A DNA stretch of 64,000 nucleotides from Thalia democratica (Eukaryota). The translations under genes and the position numbers were made by a program. The notes beneath the pieces were generated by a model. The model was not told the origin of the DNA, searched no databases, and saw only the letters and a program-made list of their open reading frames with translations. The stretch lies in the NCBI GenBank assembly GCA_965202585.1, contig OZ241826.1, forward strand, positions 21,390,001-21,454,000, given 5' to 3'. Shown piece after piece: positions 50,506 through 64,000 of the stretch (positions are counted from its first letter, which is position 1; every line of letters starts with the position of its first letter).

Positions 50506-53435
50506 TTCAAACCAGCATTTAGCAATAGTTTATAACAAGTAATTAAAAAAAAATCCTTAATTTTTCTGCCCACTAAAATTAAACTTGTGTCAGCAGACCT
50601 TTTCTCCAAACCTGGTTTTTATAACCCTGTTATGAGTTTTTGTAAATTTAATTAAAAACCATTTTGTACCGCCAGTTGGCGTTAAGCCTTAATTTTTCAA
50701 TAATTTTTTTTTTGGAATTCAATATAAAATTGAGGTTAGAGTTTTATTATAAAAATTTGAAATTAAACTTGTACACTAAATTTTATTGCTAAACACAGTT
50801 GTAATATTTTTAAGAATAGTTTATTCATTTAATTTGTAGTTATCTAGGTATAAGAATTGAAACCTATATTCAGTATTAATATATTTTTAAGTTTATATTA
50901 GTTAAAAAGTATATTATTTTTAAAAGTCTTAAAATAAAACATGTAAGGTTGACATTAGTCAATATAAGACGCTATAGCTATAAATTTAATAAACAAATAT
51001 ATACATCTGAAAATTCTTGCTGGTTTACCTGCAGAGAACAGAGTATCTAATACAGTTTTGATTGAATAATTATATACTGGTTTTTAAAGAAACCATGTTA
51101 AAAATTATGAATACTTCACAATTTTTCATAGTACAGATATTTAAATATAGTAGAACTATTTTTTTAAAGAAATACTATCTGCTTTTTCTACATTTTTATC
51201 CCTTTCTTCTAATTGACATGGTTTGTAAATATAAATTATTAAAAATATAGAGTACTACAACTTTTTTTAAATTAAATGAAGAGTGTACCATACCATTTGA
51301 TCAGTAAATAATAAACATTTACTGCTTTTTTCATTGGATACAAAGTAATTTTTTTAGTTAAAAAAATAGTGTTATATCTAATTTTAATTGGTATATATCA
51401 CTTATACTTTAAAAAAATTTGAGTTTTATTTATTAGTCAAATTATATATTATACTTTTTTTTTAGTAAAAAAAAATTGTACTAACACTTATATGCATTTT
51501 ATTATATTGTAAAATTTATAATCAATAACAAAATTTTAAAAAAAGTATTTGTATAAAAAACCAAGTTAATTATGTTTAACTAGATTTAATTTTATTATTA
51601 AGTATCAAAGTTAATTTATTAAATACTACAATTTTGGTTATTACCACTCTGGAATTTTTTTTTAATAATTACTAAAATGTGGATGCAAAAAGTTTAGGTG
51701 TTTTAATAGCTTACTATCTATTCTAATTATTCAAGGTTTTGTACTGTATATAAAAGTTAAAAATAAGACTAACAATATTAAGTATTAAGAGCACAGAATA
51801 CTGCAGTCTGGAAACAGATAAATATACAAACTAAAAACATGAAGAAGTTTTGTATCTTTTAAACAAATTCAAGTTTTTTTAACTAAATCATTGTTTTAAA
51901 AATGTTGAACAACAATTTAAAGATTAATAAAAAGATTAGGCTCCCCATTTCAACAAACAAAAACAAGATGTAGAAATTGATACTCATAGTTTAGTAGATC
52001 AGTTTGAAATGTTAATTAATTTATTCAAATTCACCAAATTTATTCATTAACTAATCTTCACCTGCAATTATACTTTTAGCATCAAAAAAATTGTTGTTTG
52101 AAAATAATTTTAATTATTTATACTTGTGCTGGCTTGATAGAGTCTGGTTGTAGTTCGAAGGATTATAAATACTTTTGAAGTCAAAATCTAAAAAAATAAT
52201 ATGTAAATAAGCGATATATTTCATTTAAAAAGTTCTGTAAATTAAAAAAAATAACTATTTTATAACAATTTTTTCTTATTTTTTTGCAAACTTTAGAACA
52301 TGATTTGCAAAATACTTATTCCAGCAACAAAAAGTATTTTTTTAATCAAAAATAATGTATATTTAAAATAAAAACTCATACATAAGCATTTCATCTGTAA
52401 CCTAAGTTGACTATACTATCTAGTTTCAAAAAGAAATATTTTATCTATTACCCTGCATATTGGAATCAACTTGAATGGCTATAATACAACTTAAAATCTA
52501 ATTTCTAATGTAGTTTGAAGTATTTTAAGAAAAAAACTAGGGCTGTTTGATAGTTAAGTTATGTAGAAATTTAAACCATTGTTGTTTTGGTTGATTCTCG
52601 TTCAGAATATATTAGTTTGTAAGACTTAATGATGGCATTCTTCAAATTAGTAAATTTATTTAACTTTATTCAACTTAATAAAAAAATACAGTAGAGTATT
52701 TTTCGATTATTAATTATATAGTGCTTTAAAAGATATCCACACACTATGGCTTCTATAAAAACACAGACTATGGTCACATTAAACTTAAAACAACTCAGGT
52801 CAGTTTTTATGTTTCACATATATTACTAAATATGATTTTTTTTTTATACTAACCTTTTTATAAGTCAATAATCTATTTGTAATAGATTTTTCAGCTTTTA
52901 AGCTTAATTTAAAGTTATCTAAAAAATTCTTAGATCAGTTGAACTATATTTTTTATCTAACTCAGATTTAATAACTTATGTATCTTACTTACTAGCCAGT
53001 TATTTTTTCATCTTCATAAAATACATGGACACTTTTTTATATGTAATAAAAGTTATCTTGATGAGATATTTATGATTTTTTTGAATAGGTAAAGGGTTTA
53101 CTTTATTATTATTATAATTACAATACACACAAAAATGAGGGAGTGTGCCTAAATGTAAATTTTTTTTGATACTTTTCCTGAATTTTTTTTTCACATTCAA
53201 AAGAAATTCATAAGAACTTAAAATGATAAACTACCTTAAAAAAAAAATTAAAATCTATCGAAAATTCAGGCTCAAATCTACAAAAACTGTTTTTTTGTCT
53301 TTTTGTGGTTAAAAAAATAATGATGCTGTCTCGATCTTTCAAAACTTGAAAGAAAAAACTCAAGTATAACTGAACATTTTAAATAACTTGTTTAAGCAAA
53401 AGAGCCATAGAGCTGCGGTAAAGATGGGTGTTCGC

Positions 53436-53499
53436 GAAAATGGCGTTTAACAAAAATGGCGTATAACATAAATGGCGTTTAACAAAAATGGCGTTTTCG
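53436..53499. repeat. 4 x 16-bp tandem repeat AAAAATGGCGTTTAAC
   Basis: Read directly; probably the subterminal array of a non-autonomous element. Confidence 0.9.
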
Positions 53500-54378
53500 A
53501 ACATTGCATATACGCATTTAACGGGTATTAAAAGTGGTTTTTAAGAACTTTCATTATTATATTATCGTGTTTTTATTATATCAATAGTTTTAAAAAACAA
53601 AATTGTTTTAATAGTTTGTATCTTAAAGAAAAATTTTTTTTTTGAATCTCTTTTTTTTTTAAGAAACAAATTTTTTAACCTAGAGTTTGAGAAATTTTCA
53701 AAAAAAGCTAAATTTTCGAAGAAAAATCTAAAAATCCTTAATATTTAACCTGTTTTTGCATTCATAGTAATGAAAGTTGATTAGATACTAACAATTTCTG
53801 AAAATAAAATAATACCGTGTATCATTAAATACGTTTAATTAAAGAATACATTTTTAGTAGCTTTATAGTCTAGATTTCCATCACATTAACAAAAGGACTT
53901 TGTTTTTTTTGTGTCGGCTGCAGTTAAATTTTTTTGGAAATATTTTCTTACACAACATTATGCAAACTGATGCAATGTAGATAAATTGATAGCACAGCAG
54001 AACATTAAAAAAAAAACTTATTTCTTTTTCCTTAGCCCACCTCACCTAAATTTTTCAATCTTTATCCTTGACCCTGACCCATCTTACCCAAATATATAAA
54101 ATTAAACCAAAAAAAAGGTTTATAAGTCAAAACTTAAAATCAAAATAAGTAAAATTATGGCCAAATATATGAGACTTTTGAAATGATCGCTTTTTTAATC
54201 GTTTATCTTGATAAAAATTATATCCACGTTATTATAAGTGTCCGCTTTTCTATAATTTTTAATCACAAGTTATTTAGAATCATTTAAAAGTTATAAATTC
54301 GTCCCAGGCAGAAATTCACAAATTCATTTCCACAATCGCACCTTGTCAAATCAAAAAAAGATATATTTACGCTATATT

Positions 54379-54843
54379 CAGGGTTGCCACACACTCGGGG
54401 AACTCAGGGAATTCAGGGAAACTGAGCGAATTTTAGAGTTATAAAAAATCTCAGGGAAACTCAGGGAATTTTGATTCTTTTTTTTAAACTCAGGTAAACT
54501 CAGGGTAATATCTTTTTTTCTAAAAATTTTAGGGAAATTATAAGATTTTTTTTTTAAAATCTCAGGGAAGATTTTTTCTAGATCTAAAATGACATTAAGT
54601 TAATCCAGTTTCAAAGTTTTGTTCAAAACAGTCAATTTTATTAATTTTAAGTGCTTATTTAGAAATTTTTAAGCCTTGCGGCTAGTTCTTCAATATTCTT
54701 AGAATTAACATTGTAATTTTTTGATAAGTAATAATTTTTTTAAGGATTTAAAAAATTCAGGGAAACTCATTGAAGTTTAAGGTTACTCAGGGAAGTTTCT
54801 AGTCACTCCGGAAACATTTTTGACCCAAAGAGTGGCAACCCTG
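54379..54843. mobile_element. hAT-like MITE, 465 bp, with 6-bp target duplication
   Basis: 12-bp TIR CAGGGTTGCCAC/GTGGCAACCCTG, TATATT on both flanks, and about 10 internal (C/T)TCAGGG(AA) motifs. Confidence 0.85.
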
Positions 54844-56033
54844 TATATTACCTAAAATATCTGATAAGGATTTCAAATTTCTCGTCACCTATCCCTCATA
54901 ATCTCTGAACTACTTTTTATTATGGGACCAAAATTTTATATAAAGCTAGTTGTTGCCGCCTTAATATCAATCATCAACTTGCTAAATATCTCTTCTCAAT
55001 CGCTACAAAACTTCAAAACCGCCCTCTTCCGCCCTTTTTATACCCCTTGCGACAAATTAAATAAAAAACTTCTCGAAAGAGCGGTATCGTCTTATTTGGA
55101 AAACATTGTTTGAGGTGACGATGTTCAGTTAAAGGTACTCTATACTAACCATGTAAGTGAAGTAAATAATAAAATTCAACAACAAAATCTAATCAGTTAC
55201 ACAATAAGTAATGAAATACTAAATAAGAGTAATGAAGTTATGATTTATTTCGTAAACTAGTATATAAATATGTTTAATAATTTATTACTTTTGAGAAAAA
55301 AAACTAATAAGTTTCACGCAGAGCGGATTTTTAAATTGTAGGTCTGTAGTTTAATAATAATGGTAAAACTGACTACTAATTAGAAATTGGTTTGATTTAA
55401 GTTTTTTTACAAAATTAAAATTAAATAAAACATTAATAATAATAGTAACTTAAGAATCATGTTGATGCTAAACAACCTTTAGTTTAAAAACTATTAAATT
55501 ATAGTCCATAAACAAATACATTTAAACCATGGTATACAGTGGGGAATTGTATATAATGGATTTAAAACAAAAAAAAAACACTTTACAGAGTTAGAAATTA
55601 TAAAATTGTAAATTAATGTTATTAAGCACATTGTACTAAAATTAATTAATAATGTAATAATGTTTAAAATAAAACATGTGGGTAACACTAGAAAATTTTT
55701 AAAAGCAATGTTGTTGTTGTTAACTTAGTTATATTATGATGACACAGAATGAAAAGGTCTCTTTGTGAAATATATTTGTTAAGCGAAAGATAATATGAGG
55801 GTTAGACCTAAGATGTTAAACTGAAAATATATATATTCAGTTGAGAAATAATGAAAGAGAGTATAATCTACTAATAATCTAAAAAAAATTATAATAATTT
55901 AACTTTTTTAAATAATGGTTTAAAACTAGAAATGGGTATGTTATAAAACACTCACAAATTATCAAATATCTTAATAAAATATAGTTCACTAATAAACTGA
56001 CTTAAAAAAATATATACATATAATAATTTAAAG

Positions 56034-57135
56034 TTAATGAAATAAAACTACTAAAAATAAAAATAGTACTAAAGTACATGCACAAATAATCAAATATGTA
56101 AAAAAATATACTTTGTGAAATATGATATATAAATATTCGTTTAAGTGATATGGGCATTGGGTTATCAGTTCGTTCCTTTTGTTTAAGGTTTTTCTTTTGT
56201 CTGCTAGGGCTATATAAAGTCTTTCTAGGTTACATAAAGTGCATGTTATTATGTACATGCACATGTCAGTATGGTTTATGCTATATGTTACTGATTCTAC
56301 TATTTTCCATTCAATTTAGTATTTTATATGGTTACTGTTTAGATCGCATAGGTTATTTGCAAGTCTGTTAGAATTGTTGGGTTTGCTTTTAAAAGGTTTT
56401 GGGAAAGAGGTTTTGTATTCATCATAGCTAAACTTGAATGTTCTTTTGGTTGAACCAATGTAAATTGTGTGGTCGTTTACGGATGTAGAAACTTAAGCTC
56501 GATATATGACGTTATTTAGGCAACACTTGTTATCTAGGGTGCAGTCTATTGTTGATCTACAACAACAAAGTTTTTCGTTTTTATCTAATTTTTTAATAAT
56601 TTTTTGTTGTGTGAATTTATAAGGGCCATAACATTTGGTGTGCAGCAGTATGATGTTTTTATACTATTTCAGTTAATAATTTTTTGTGGTGAATGCTGTC
56701 TTTGTTAAAATGATTATCTATTAATTCCAGGAAAAGCTTGTTAATCTTGGTCTGTACAGATTTACACAAAAGTGGGTTGTAATAAATTCAATTTCCTTTT
56801 CTATTTTTAATAATATTTGTACTATTAAATTGTTTGTAGGTTAAATTATATTTAAAAATACTTCTGTTAAATGCATTTTGGTATAAGCCATCGAAGTTAT
56901 TTAAAGCTTCTTCATTTTTAAATTGTTTGAATAATCTTTATGAATAATTTTAGGTATATTGTTACATATACTTTTAGAATTGTTGGAATTGTTGTTGATA
57001 AAGTTATTTTTGGAGTTAGGTTTACGGTAGGGATAGTAGGTGTTTAGCGATAGGTCCAGAGAGACGTCAAGAAATTTTGTTCTAGTGTTAATAATGTCAA
57101 TTGTGATTTTAAAGCCTATTGAAGACATTTTTTGT
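56034..57135 (-). mobile_element. Decayed, 5'-truncated Penelope-like retroelement (RT C-terminus plus GIY-YIG)
   Basis: GFKITIDI..TKFLDVSLDL..YYPYRKPN, then CCCR..CTLDNKCCLNNVIYRA*V...IYIGSTKRTFK...W.I...CTLCNLER...LNKRNELITQCPYH, with stops. Confidence 0.88.
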
Positions 57136-58967
57136 TCATTATAAGGTCACCAAAAATAAGTTTTATATTTTTTATTAAGTACGGCAAATAATTGATACAT
57201 ACAGTAACCTCTCACATCTTTACGCACTTATTACGTTACGCACTTTCGTTTTGTTACGCAGTTTAAAGTTCTAAAAAATTCAAAAACAAAACTTTAATTT
57301 TTTAATATTGCACAAATTAGGTTTATTGTATACTTTTAATTTATAATATGTTTTTAAATGGATATTTTTGCGGAAACAATGTGCGTAAATAAACGAGAGG
57401 TTACTTTACGTGATTTTTTTTTGTGTTAATGTACATCATAAACTTGAATTTTTTCTATATAAGTTTAAAATTTCATTTTTAATTATGAAGCATGTTTTTA
57501 ACTATATCCAATAAAAATAGATGTATATTCAAACAAATAATGTTCGTTCAAAAGTTCGTTTTAGACTATAGTCAGTAACTATTATAGTTTATTTAGAACG
57601 ATGATTTATAGATAAAAATTTGCGCAGTTGGTTTAAAGGTTAATATTTTAAATATAATAAAAGTATTTTAGTCCTAAATTTTCAATTTTTTATTTGTTTA
57701 TAAAATTAAACTTATATGTTTCCATTTAGCATTGCCAAAGGTTGAAAACTGGAAAGAGTATCTGCTTAACATTGTGTATTTTTCTACAAGTTTAGGATGA
57801 CTCATACTACTTTCTGATCACACATGCTCCAATTTTCGTTTGAAGAGTGTTCTCTGTTACTGTAAACAAAAAACGTTTATACAGACATGTCAGTCACTCT
57901 GATACTCACCATATTTCAATCTTACTTAAACTTTTCGTATCTCCTCGGACTAAATCACTATTTTTACCTGTAAACTTTACAAATATTTAATAACCCTTCT
58001 ATAAAAGCTTAGGTTGACTAAAGCTAGTAAAATTTGTAATTAAAAACTAACGTAATTTATATATTTTTAAAAGAAACAAAAATGCTTAGATGTTGAGATA
58101 ACTTATCTACATCAAAAGCACACGATCTGAATCATAACATTTAACGTTAAATTTCCTGTAAATTAAAAAATAGTCTTAAAAATATACTTTCTCTTAAACA
58201 ACTAAATAAGTATATTAAGGTAAAAACGTTTGCAATATATGAAAAAAAAAACTATTGTGAAGCGATAAAAACAATTAACAGTTATTCTTTTTATAGCAAA
58301 TTTTATTTTTTCAGTTTAAAATGTTTTTATTTGATATTTTTAAAAAGTCAAACATAACGTTTTTTTTGTCAAAGTTAAATTTATACTAAAAATAAAACGA
58401 TTGTTGTAACAAAAGGCTTTTAAATAATCAGTTTGCATTTCGAATTGACCTTTTCATTATAAGCTTAGTAAGCTTTCCGAACCTTTCTAATAAATCTTAT
58501 TACAAATAATAAATTATAACGGTGAAGTTAGACTATTGGATCTTGAAAGTTATATTAACGCCTAAATCTTTTGCTCATTTAAGCCTTTTCTATTAATCAT
58601 TTAATTATTGTTAAAATTAATAGTGAAGAATTTATTTTTACAACCCATGGTTTTATTAGTTTCAAAGTCTTATTTTGGTAAATCAGACTAATAAAACCAT
58701 ATAATTATCAAATATAAAGCAGGATTTTAATAATTGTACTTAGTGTTTTCCATTCAATATTAATTTGAATGGTTGCATTTAAAAACCACAGTAGAAAAAA
58801 ATATTCTAAAACTAATTTAAAAATAAATTTTACAAAAGTTCTTTGTATAACTTCGTTTAAGTCTGACAGTTTTAGTTGCAGGAATGTCTTATAGTAAATA
58901 ATATAAATTAAGTTTATAATTAATACCTTTAATTATTTTTACAGAAGTTTATTAAAGTTTTTCTAAA

Positions 58968-61900
58968 ATGGCTCCTTCTCAAAAATCCAGAAAAAAGATA
59001 ACGGAAAAGAATATTAAGCAAAGGAAGAATAGCATTGTAAGTTTTTATTAATTAGTTTTATTAACCAGTTCTATTTTTTTTATCAATTTAAAAGCTTATA
59101 GGAAAATTTTTTTTTTCGGCTGTAAACTTTGACTTATAATTTAATTAAGTTTTATAAAGTTTCTGAAATTTTTTCTTTGTTAATCACGTTTTAAGCATTA
59201 ATAGTAATTTAAAACCGTATTATTTTATGTTATTAAGTGTTAGATTTGATTTTTTTTCATAATATCAACAATTTGATAAAATAATGCTATTATTAACTAT
59301 ATTTTATCATTTTCTTGTGTTCCGTTTGTAAAAACCAAATTTTTCATTGTAAATTAAATTTTTGTAATTTTTTTCTATACTTGATTTTATAAAATCGAAA
59401 TATAATTTTCTACAAAGGTAATTTAGCATAGACTAACTAGTTATCAATTATTTGCAAACTATGAATAATTTAATTTAAATTAAGAACCGGTTAGGACTTC
59501 ATTTTAAATCAAGCTAGAATTAGTCAAAAAATTTCATACATTAAAACTTTAAACACTTAAAAAATGTAATACAATTTTAATATATATTTAATTTATTATT
59601 ATCAAAATAGGTTTGTTAAGGCTTTTTATCAATTTCATGCCTAAAAATAATTTAAGTTTAATAGTTAACATAAACTTATTATACAAATTTTACATTTAAA
59701 AAATCATTACAAAATGATTAATTGTATTTAAACAAGCGACATTAAATAGATAAATTATTGATAAAACCCAAACTTTAAAAAATAAGTTTTAATAGATATT
59801 AAAGTTTATAATCTGATAATTTAAAAACCTTTTGCTTTTTGTGCAATAAACTTTTTTTTCTTTAAGTTGAAAATCATTTATAAATTCTTAAGTAACTAAT
59901 AAAGAATAAAATAAAAAAAGAGAACATTAAAGTGTTATTAGTAAAATAGTCACTGATTTATATTACACATTTTTAGTTCTACTTTAAATTTGTTTCTACA
60001 TGTTGATGTTTACGTTATTTTATTAATTGAAATGATTTTAATACTTGTAGACTTTACGGCTACTAAAATTTTTAAATATTTAAATCTTAAATTAAATTTT
60101 AAAATATTTAAGATGTTTGTAATTCAACTAAAAAATTAAAAGCATAAAAACTCAAGTATATGGAAGCTTGTTAAGAAATAAATAAGCAACATTAAGATAG
60201 AGTTAATTACAAATAATTGGTCATGTTATAATAATGTAAACATTTAAAAGTTAATTAAGTTTTATTGTTAATAAAAGTTTAGTAAAGGACTATTAAAAGA
60301 GTTTAATTTTTTTAATTATTTTCCTTCTAACTTCTCGAAAATAAATACAAAATTGATTTTGTTTTGCTTTATGAAACTTTTAATAGCTTAAATTTTCATT
60401 AATATCATAATAAATAAAATGAAGAGAGTGAAAAATTTAAAACTCATTTTTGTTTGTTGAAATTAAATTAATTTATTAAGACTTTAAAAAAGTTATGTTT
60501 TAATTTGTTATACGTTTTGATTTATTATTAGATTATTTTCGTGTTTTTATACCATATGAATGTTAAACTCTTATACTTAAATTTCTATACTTGCAAATAG
60601 ATGTGTACCTAAGCTTTAATTTTTACAATTATAAAAAAAAATTGTAGATTTTTAATTTTTGTAATTATAAACTTGGCAATAGTTTAAAAAGATCCTCCAC
60701 TTTAATTAGTTTTGCCCTTTACTCTTTGACTACTGTTTTACTTATTCTGCCCTCACTAATTATTACCCCTTATAACTAACACCTCTACCAAGGTGCCTTG
60801 TCGTCCACTCTGGAAAATCAAGATTCATATACCTAAGATAAAAATTATATGAAGTTGATTTTAAAATACCATTGATTGTTTTTGAAAACTTTCTAAACTT
60901 GTTGACAAAATATTTAAAATAAATTTATTAAAAACTAAAACTTTTCATAATTTTCCATAAAAAACGCTTTATATATACTTTTAAATACATTTTAGGATTG
61001 GATTCCGATCTCCCAAGACTTAGTTGATGCCGCCTTCGGAACAAGCAATGGATTCTGGCTCGCCCACAAACATCGCAGGACTGACAAGTGGAATAACTGG
61101 CAATACAAATACACGAGTCCTGCAGGCAAGAAACTCAGGTTTGTTGAACTTCCTTATTAAAATTTTTGTTTATAGTTTTCTAGAAAAAAACTTTTAAGAT
61201 GAGAATTAAATAAAAACTAAAATATATAACAACGAGACCAGTATGTCTAGGGACATTTTATTTTATTTTTTTCATACACATATAGTGTTAGAAGTTGAGC
61301 TTTAAAGGTAGAGATGTTGATTACATTTTTCTTCTTAAGTCTACGCTTTCTATTTTATATGAAGTAAAATAATTAAATTTTTCAGATTATAAACTTTTGG
61401 ACTAAAAAATTTTGGTTAATTATTTATCTTACTGTCAATTAACTGAAATCCTGTTAGTTATAGTCGTATGCGCCTATACGCTAATGAAATTTGTTTTTTT
61501 TTATTCTAGGTATTAAAAAAAAGGTAATTAATACGTTGGTTACGGTCATGTTCAACTTTATCAGATATTCAGATTGTCTATTTAAATAAAATCCTACAAC
61601 ATTACGTTAGTCAACAGAATGACTACCCTGAATAATTTTTTTCTATGAAAAACCCAACAAGCATAAAATTTTTACTGAAGAGTTGTAATATTAATTATTA
61701 AACCAAACAGTTTTCCTATTTATGGTAGCATTTTTTTTGGGTCGGTATCAGTTATAAGGTTTTGGAAATTTTTGTTTATAACATCATGCAAGTTAAGTAA
61801 AGTGATGATTCAGCATTGTGTTAAATACATAACACTTATTCCTAACCAGACTTAATCAAATATATAAAAAAAACCAAAAAACATAATTAAACCTTAAACT

Positions 61901-63294
61901 TTGAAAGTGTAAGAAATTATCCAATCAGAATAGCCATTGATTTGCAGCTGACGCGTTTTTTTTTTACGTCACTTATGTTTTTATAGTAAATACTTGTATC
62001 CATTGTAATTTAGTTTTAAAGTCCCACTTTTGAAATTCGTCTTGAGATACGTTTGTGTTTGTCAAGTAACTTATTCATTTATTTACTTATTTTATAATTA
62101 ATTTTTTTATTACAACTAATTTCTGATACATTGATCCACAAACAAAAATTTTGGTAAGTTTAATGCAAACGGTGTAACTCTTGAGCCCACCTTTTTTCCA
62201 AAAATTAAATCGTTCAATGTCAAATCCTGTGATGCACTTCAATAAAAACTGACAACGCTTGAGCGACTTAACCTACCATATAAACATTTATATCAAGATT
62301 CCACTTCCCACCAAAGAAAAAGTTCGTAGTAAATAAATATTAAATATTAGCCGAATTGATTATTTACTCATACCCTATAGTTCTAAATCACAACAAAGTA
62401 CCAATTCAATTTTTTTTCTTTTACGACATAAACTTAGTGTATCAAGTGTTAATACAAGTGTTTTATCTGTTTACGTGTAGACCATGTAAATTAATTGAAA
62501 GATATTGCATGTCTGAAATTAATTTATATCAGAAATTGTTTAGTTTCAATTGTTTGCTTGATCATAAATATCTACTTTTAAACGATTTATAAAAAACATT
62601 CGAAGTTTACTTTTATGTACTATAAGTACGAACGTACTATAAACTTTTAACAAGCATATTTAATCACAGGTCCTTGAAAAAAGTGAAAAAGGATGTTCAT
62701 CTTGCACAAATTTATAAAGACAACCTGAAGTGTTACAATAATGATTTAACCATGAAACCAAATGCAGTGAAAAGATCAGGTCTGATCAACGAGACAGGAA
62801 ACGGTGTCGAACAAAACGGTGTTACTAGACGCAACCAAAACCAAATTAACGATTTAGTTGTTCAAGAAGGCATGGAAGTTGAAAATCTAACTGCAGAAGG
62901 TCTAACTGCAGATCAGGTTGCTAACAATGATGGCAATGATGATCATCAAGATTCTGACATCTCATCAGTTGCTACCGTCAGTGAGGCTGGTTTAGTAGCT
63001 AACAGGAAAAGAAAACCAATCGTGTTGAAGCTTAGGCCTATAAAGAATAGAAAGAAGTCATCTTATGAAGTTGTTTCTGCTTCGGACGACGAAAAAATTG
63101 CGGACGATGGAGTTGAAGAAGCTCAACAATACCTTCATCGACAAGCTGGGAACGGGCATGACTCAGGTTTAGAAGGTCACAATGAGCCAGGAAGGCGTGG
63201 AGTCATCGATCAGCAAATAGCTGAACAGCAGAACAGTAGCGCTGGAAGAAGCAGAAGAAAGAAAAGACGAACAAAGTTTTTTGGGTTAGTTTAA
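58968..63294 (+). CDS. MBD-like domain protein, 3 coding exons, 278 aa
   Basis: join(58968-59036,60996-61138,62670-63294); GT-AG introns, phases 0 and 2, open frame. Spliced sequence GFWLAHKHRRTDKWNNWQYKYTSPAGKKLRSLKKV resembles the MBD signature YxSPxGKKFRS. Acidic low-complexity tail with basic clusters. Confidence 0.75.
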
Positions 63295-63606
63295 GTTGCG
63301 CTAAAACTAAAAGTTTGTACTTGTTTTTTCTTTTAGACCCTTTTAAAGTCTAAGTGAAGTAAAAACCTTAGTTAGTTTACTTATTTTAAAAGGTTTAGTC
63401 TTATTAAAGAGTAAATGCTTTAAGAGTAACTTTGTATAAATCACCGTATTAATGTGCAACATATTAGAGATTACTTAAATAAATAATATTACTAAGCAAC
63501 AACCAAAATGCTGCGGCAATCAATGCAATGCAAGCGGAATTTAATGATTCAAATGTAAATGAGTTGGTAGGAAATGATCTGGAACGCGTTAAAAATGCTA
63601 ATACAA

Positions 63607-63740
63607 TAGGGATGGTCAACGTACGGCCCGCAGAGTGAAAATGACCGGCCTCCAACCGTTTTTTAAACTTTAATGGGAAACGGGCCGCAAATGAAAATGA
63701 TCGGCCCGCAAGCGAGTGATAAACCCGCAAAGGGTCAATA
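63607..63740. mobile_element. hAT-type MITE end
   Basis: TAGGGATGGTCAACGTACGGCCCGC followed by repeated (CGG)CCCGC subterminal motifs. A matching right end and TSD were not established. Confidence 0.5.
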
Positions 63741-64000
63741 TTACAAAGTTTTTTAAAACTTTGCGTCATATTTATACAAATCAAAACTGTAAGAATTTGA
63801 CTTTAAAAACATGCTAAAAATGACTTTGTAAAATAATGTGTACTAATAAATATACCATTTTTGCCTAATATTTTGTGTTGTTCTAACTTAGTTGGAATAT
63901 CGTTTTGTCAAATTACCCCTAGCAAAGTGTTTTTAAGTACGATATTTTACATACGTACCTTTGTCAACTACAATGTCAATTGTATTTATAGACATTGCTT

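Noticed and set aside
57740-57970. Minus-strand exon/50-nt intron/exon-like structure (intron 57860-57909)
   Set aside because: Splice signals are good, but the only compatible frame stops after 17 codons and no linking exon was found.
61500-61530. TAG|GTATTAAAAAAAAG|GTAATT micro-exon or echo in the MBD-like gene
   Set aside because: It would add an immediate stop, and the low-complexity match is plausible by chance.
1-64000. Remaining 60-106 aa ORFs, and searches for tRNA, rRNA or CRISPR features
   Set aside because: These ORFs are F/L/I/K/N-rich chance frames of AT-rich DNA or fragments of annotated exons. No RNA gene or CRISPR pattern was recognised.

Overview
AT-rich (roughly 25% GC by eye), intron-rich animal genomic DNA. 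Left to right: (1) 5' part of a Ty3/gypsy LTR retrotransposon on the minus strand (LTR, gag, -1 frameshift site, protease; runs off the left edge). (2) Two intronless, very GC3-rich genes of unknown function (3661-5100, 12617-13468). They are distant paralogs sharing a helical domain, a promoter module and very short 3' UTRs. One carries H1-like and the other protamine-like basic segments, and probable decayed copies lie between them. (3) A complete 16-coding-exon K+-dependent Na+/Ca2+ exchanger gene (SLC24/NCKX, 21064-42599, +, 598 aa by my exon model). (4) A TE-rich spacer (hAT MITEs, a foldback-like element, a Penelope relic). (5) A 3-exon gene for a divergent MBD-like protein (58968-63294). 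The most striking signal is in the NCKX gene. Six exons are flanked by about 19 short tandem 'echo' copies that straddle the splice junction, and their differences from the real exon are mostly synonymous, including Ser TCN/AGY switches. All alignments and counts were done by eye; no database searches were run.
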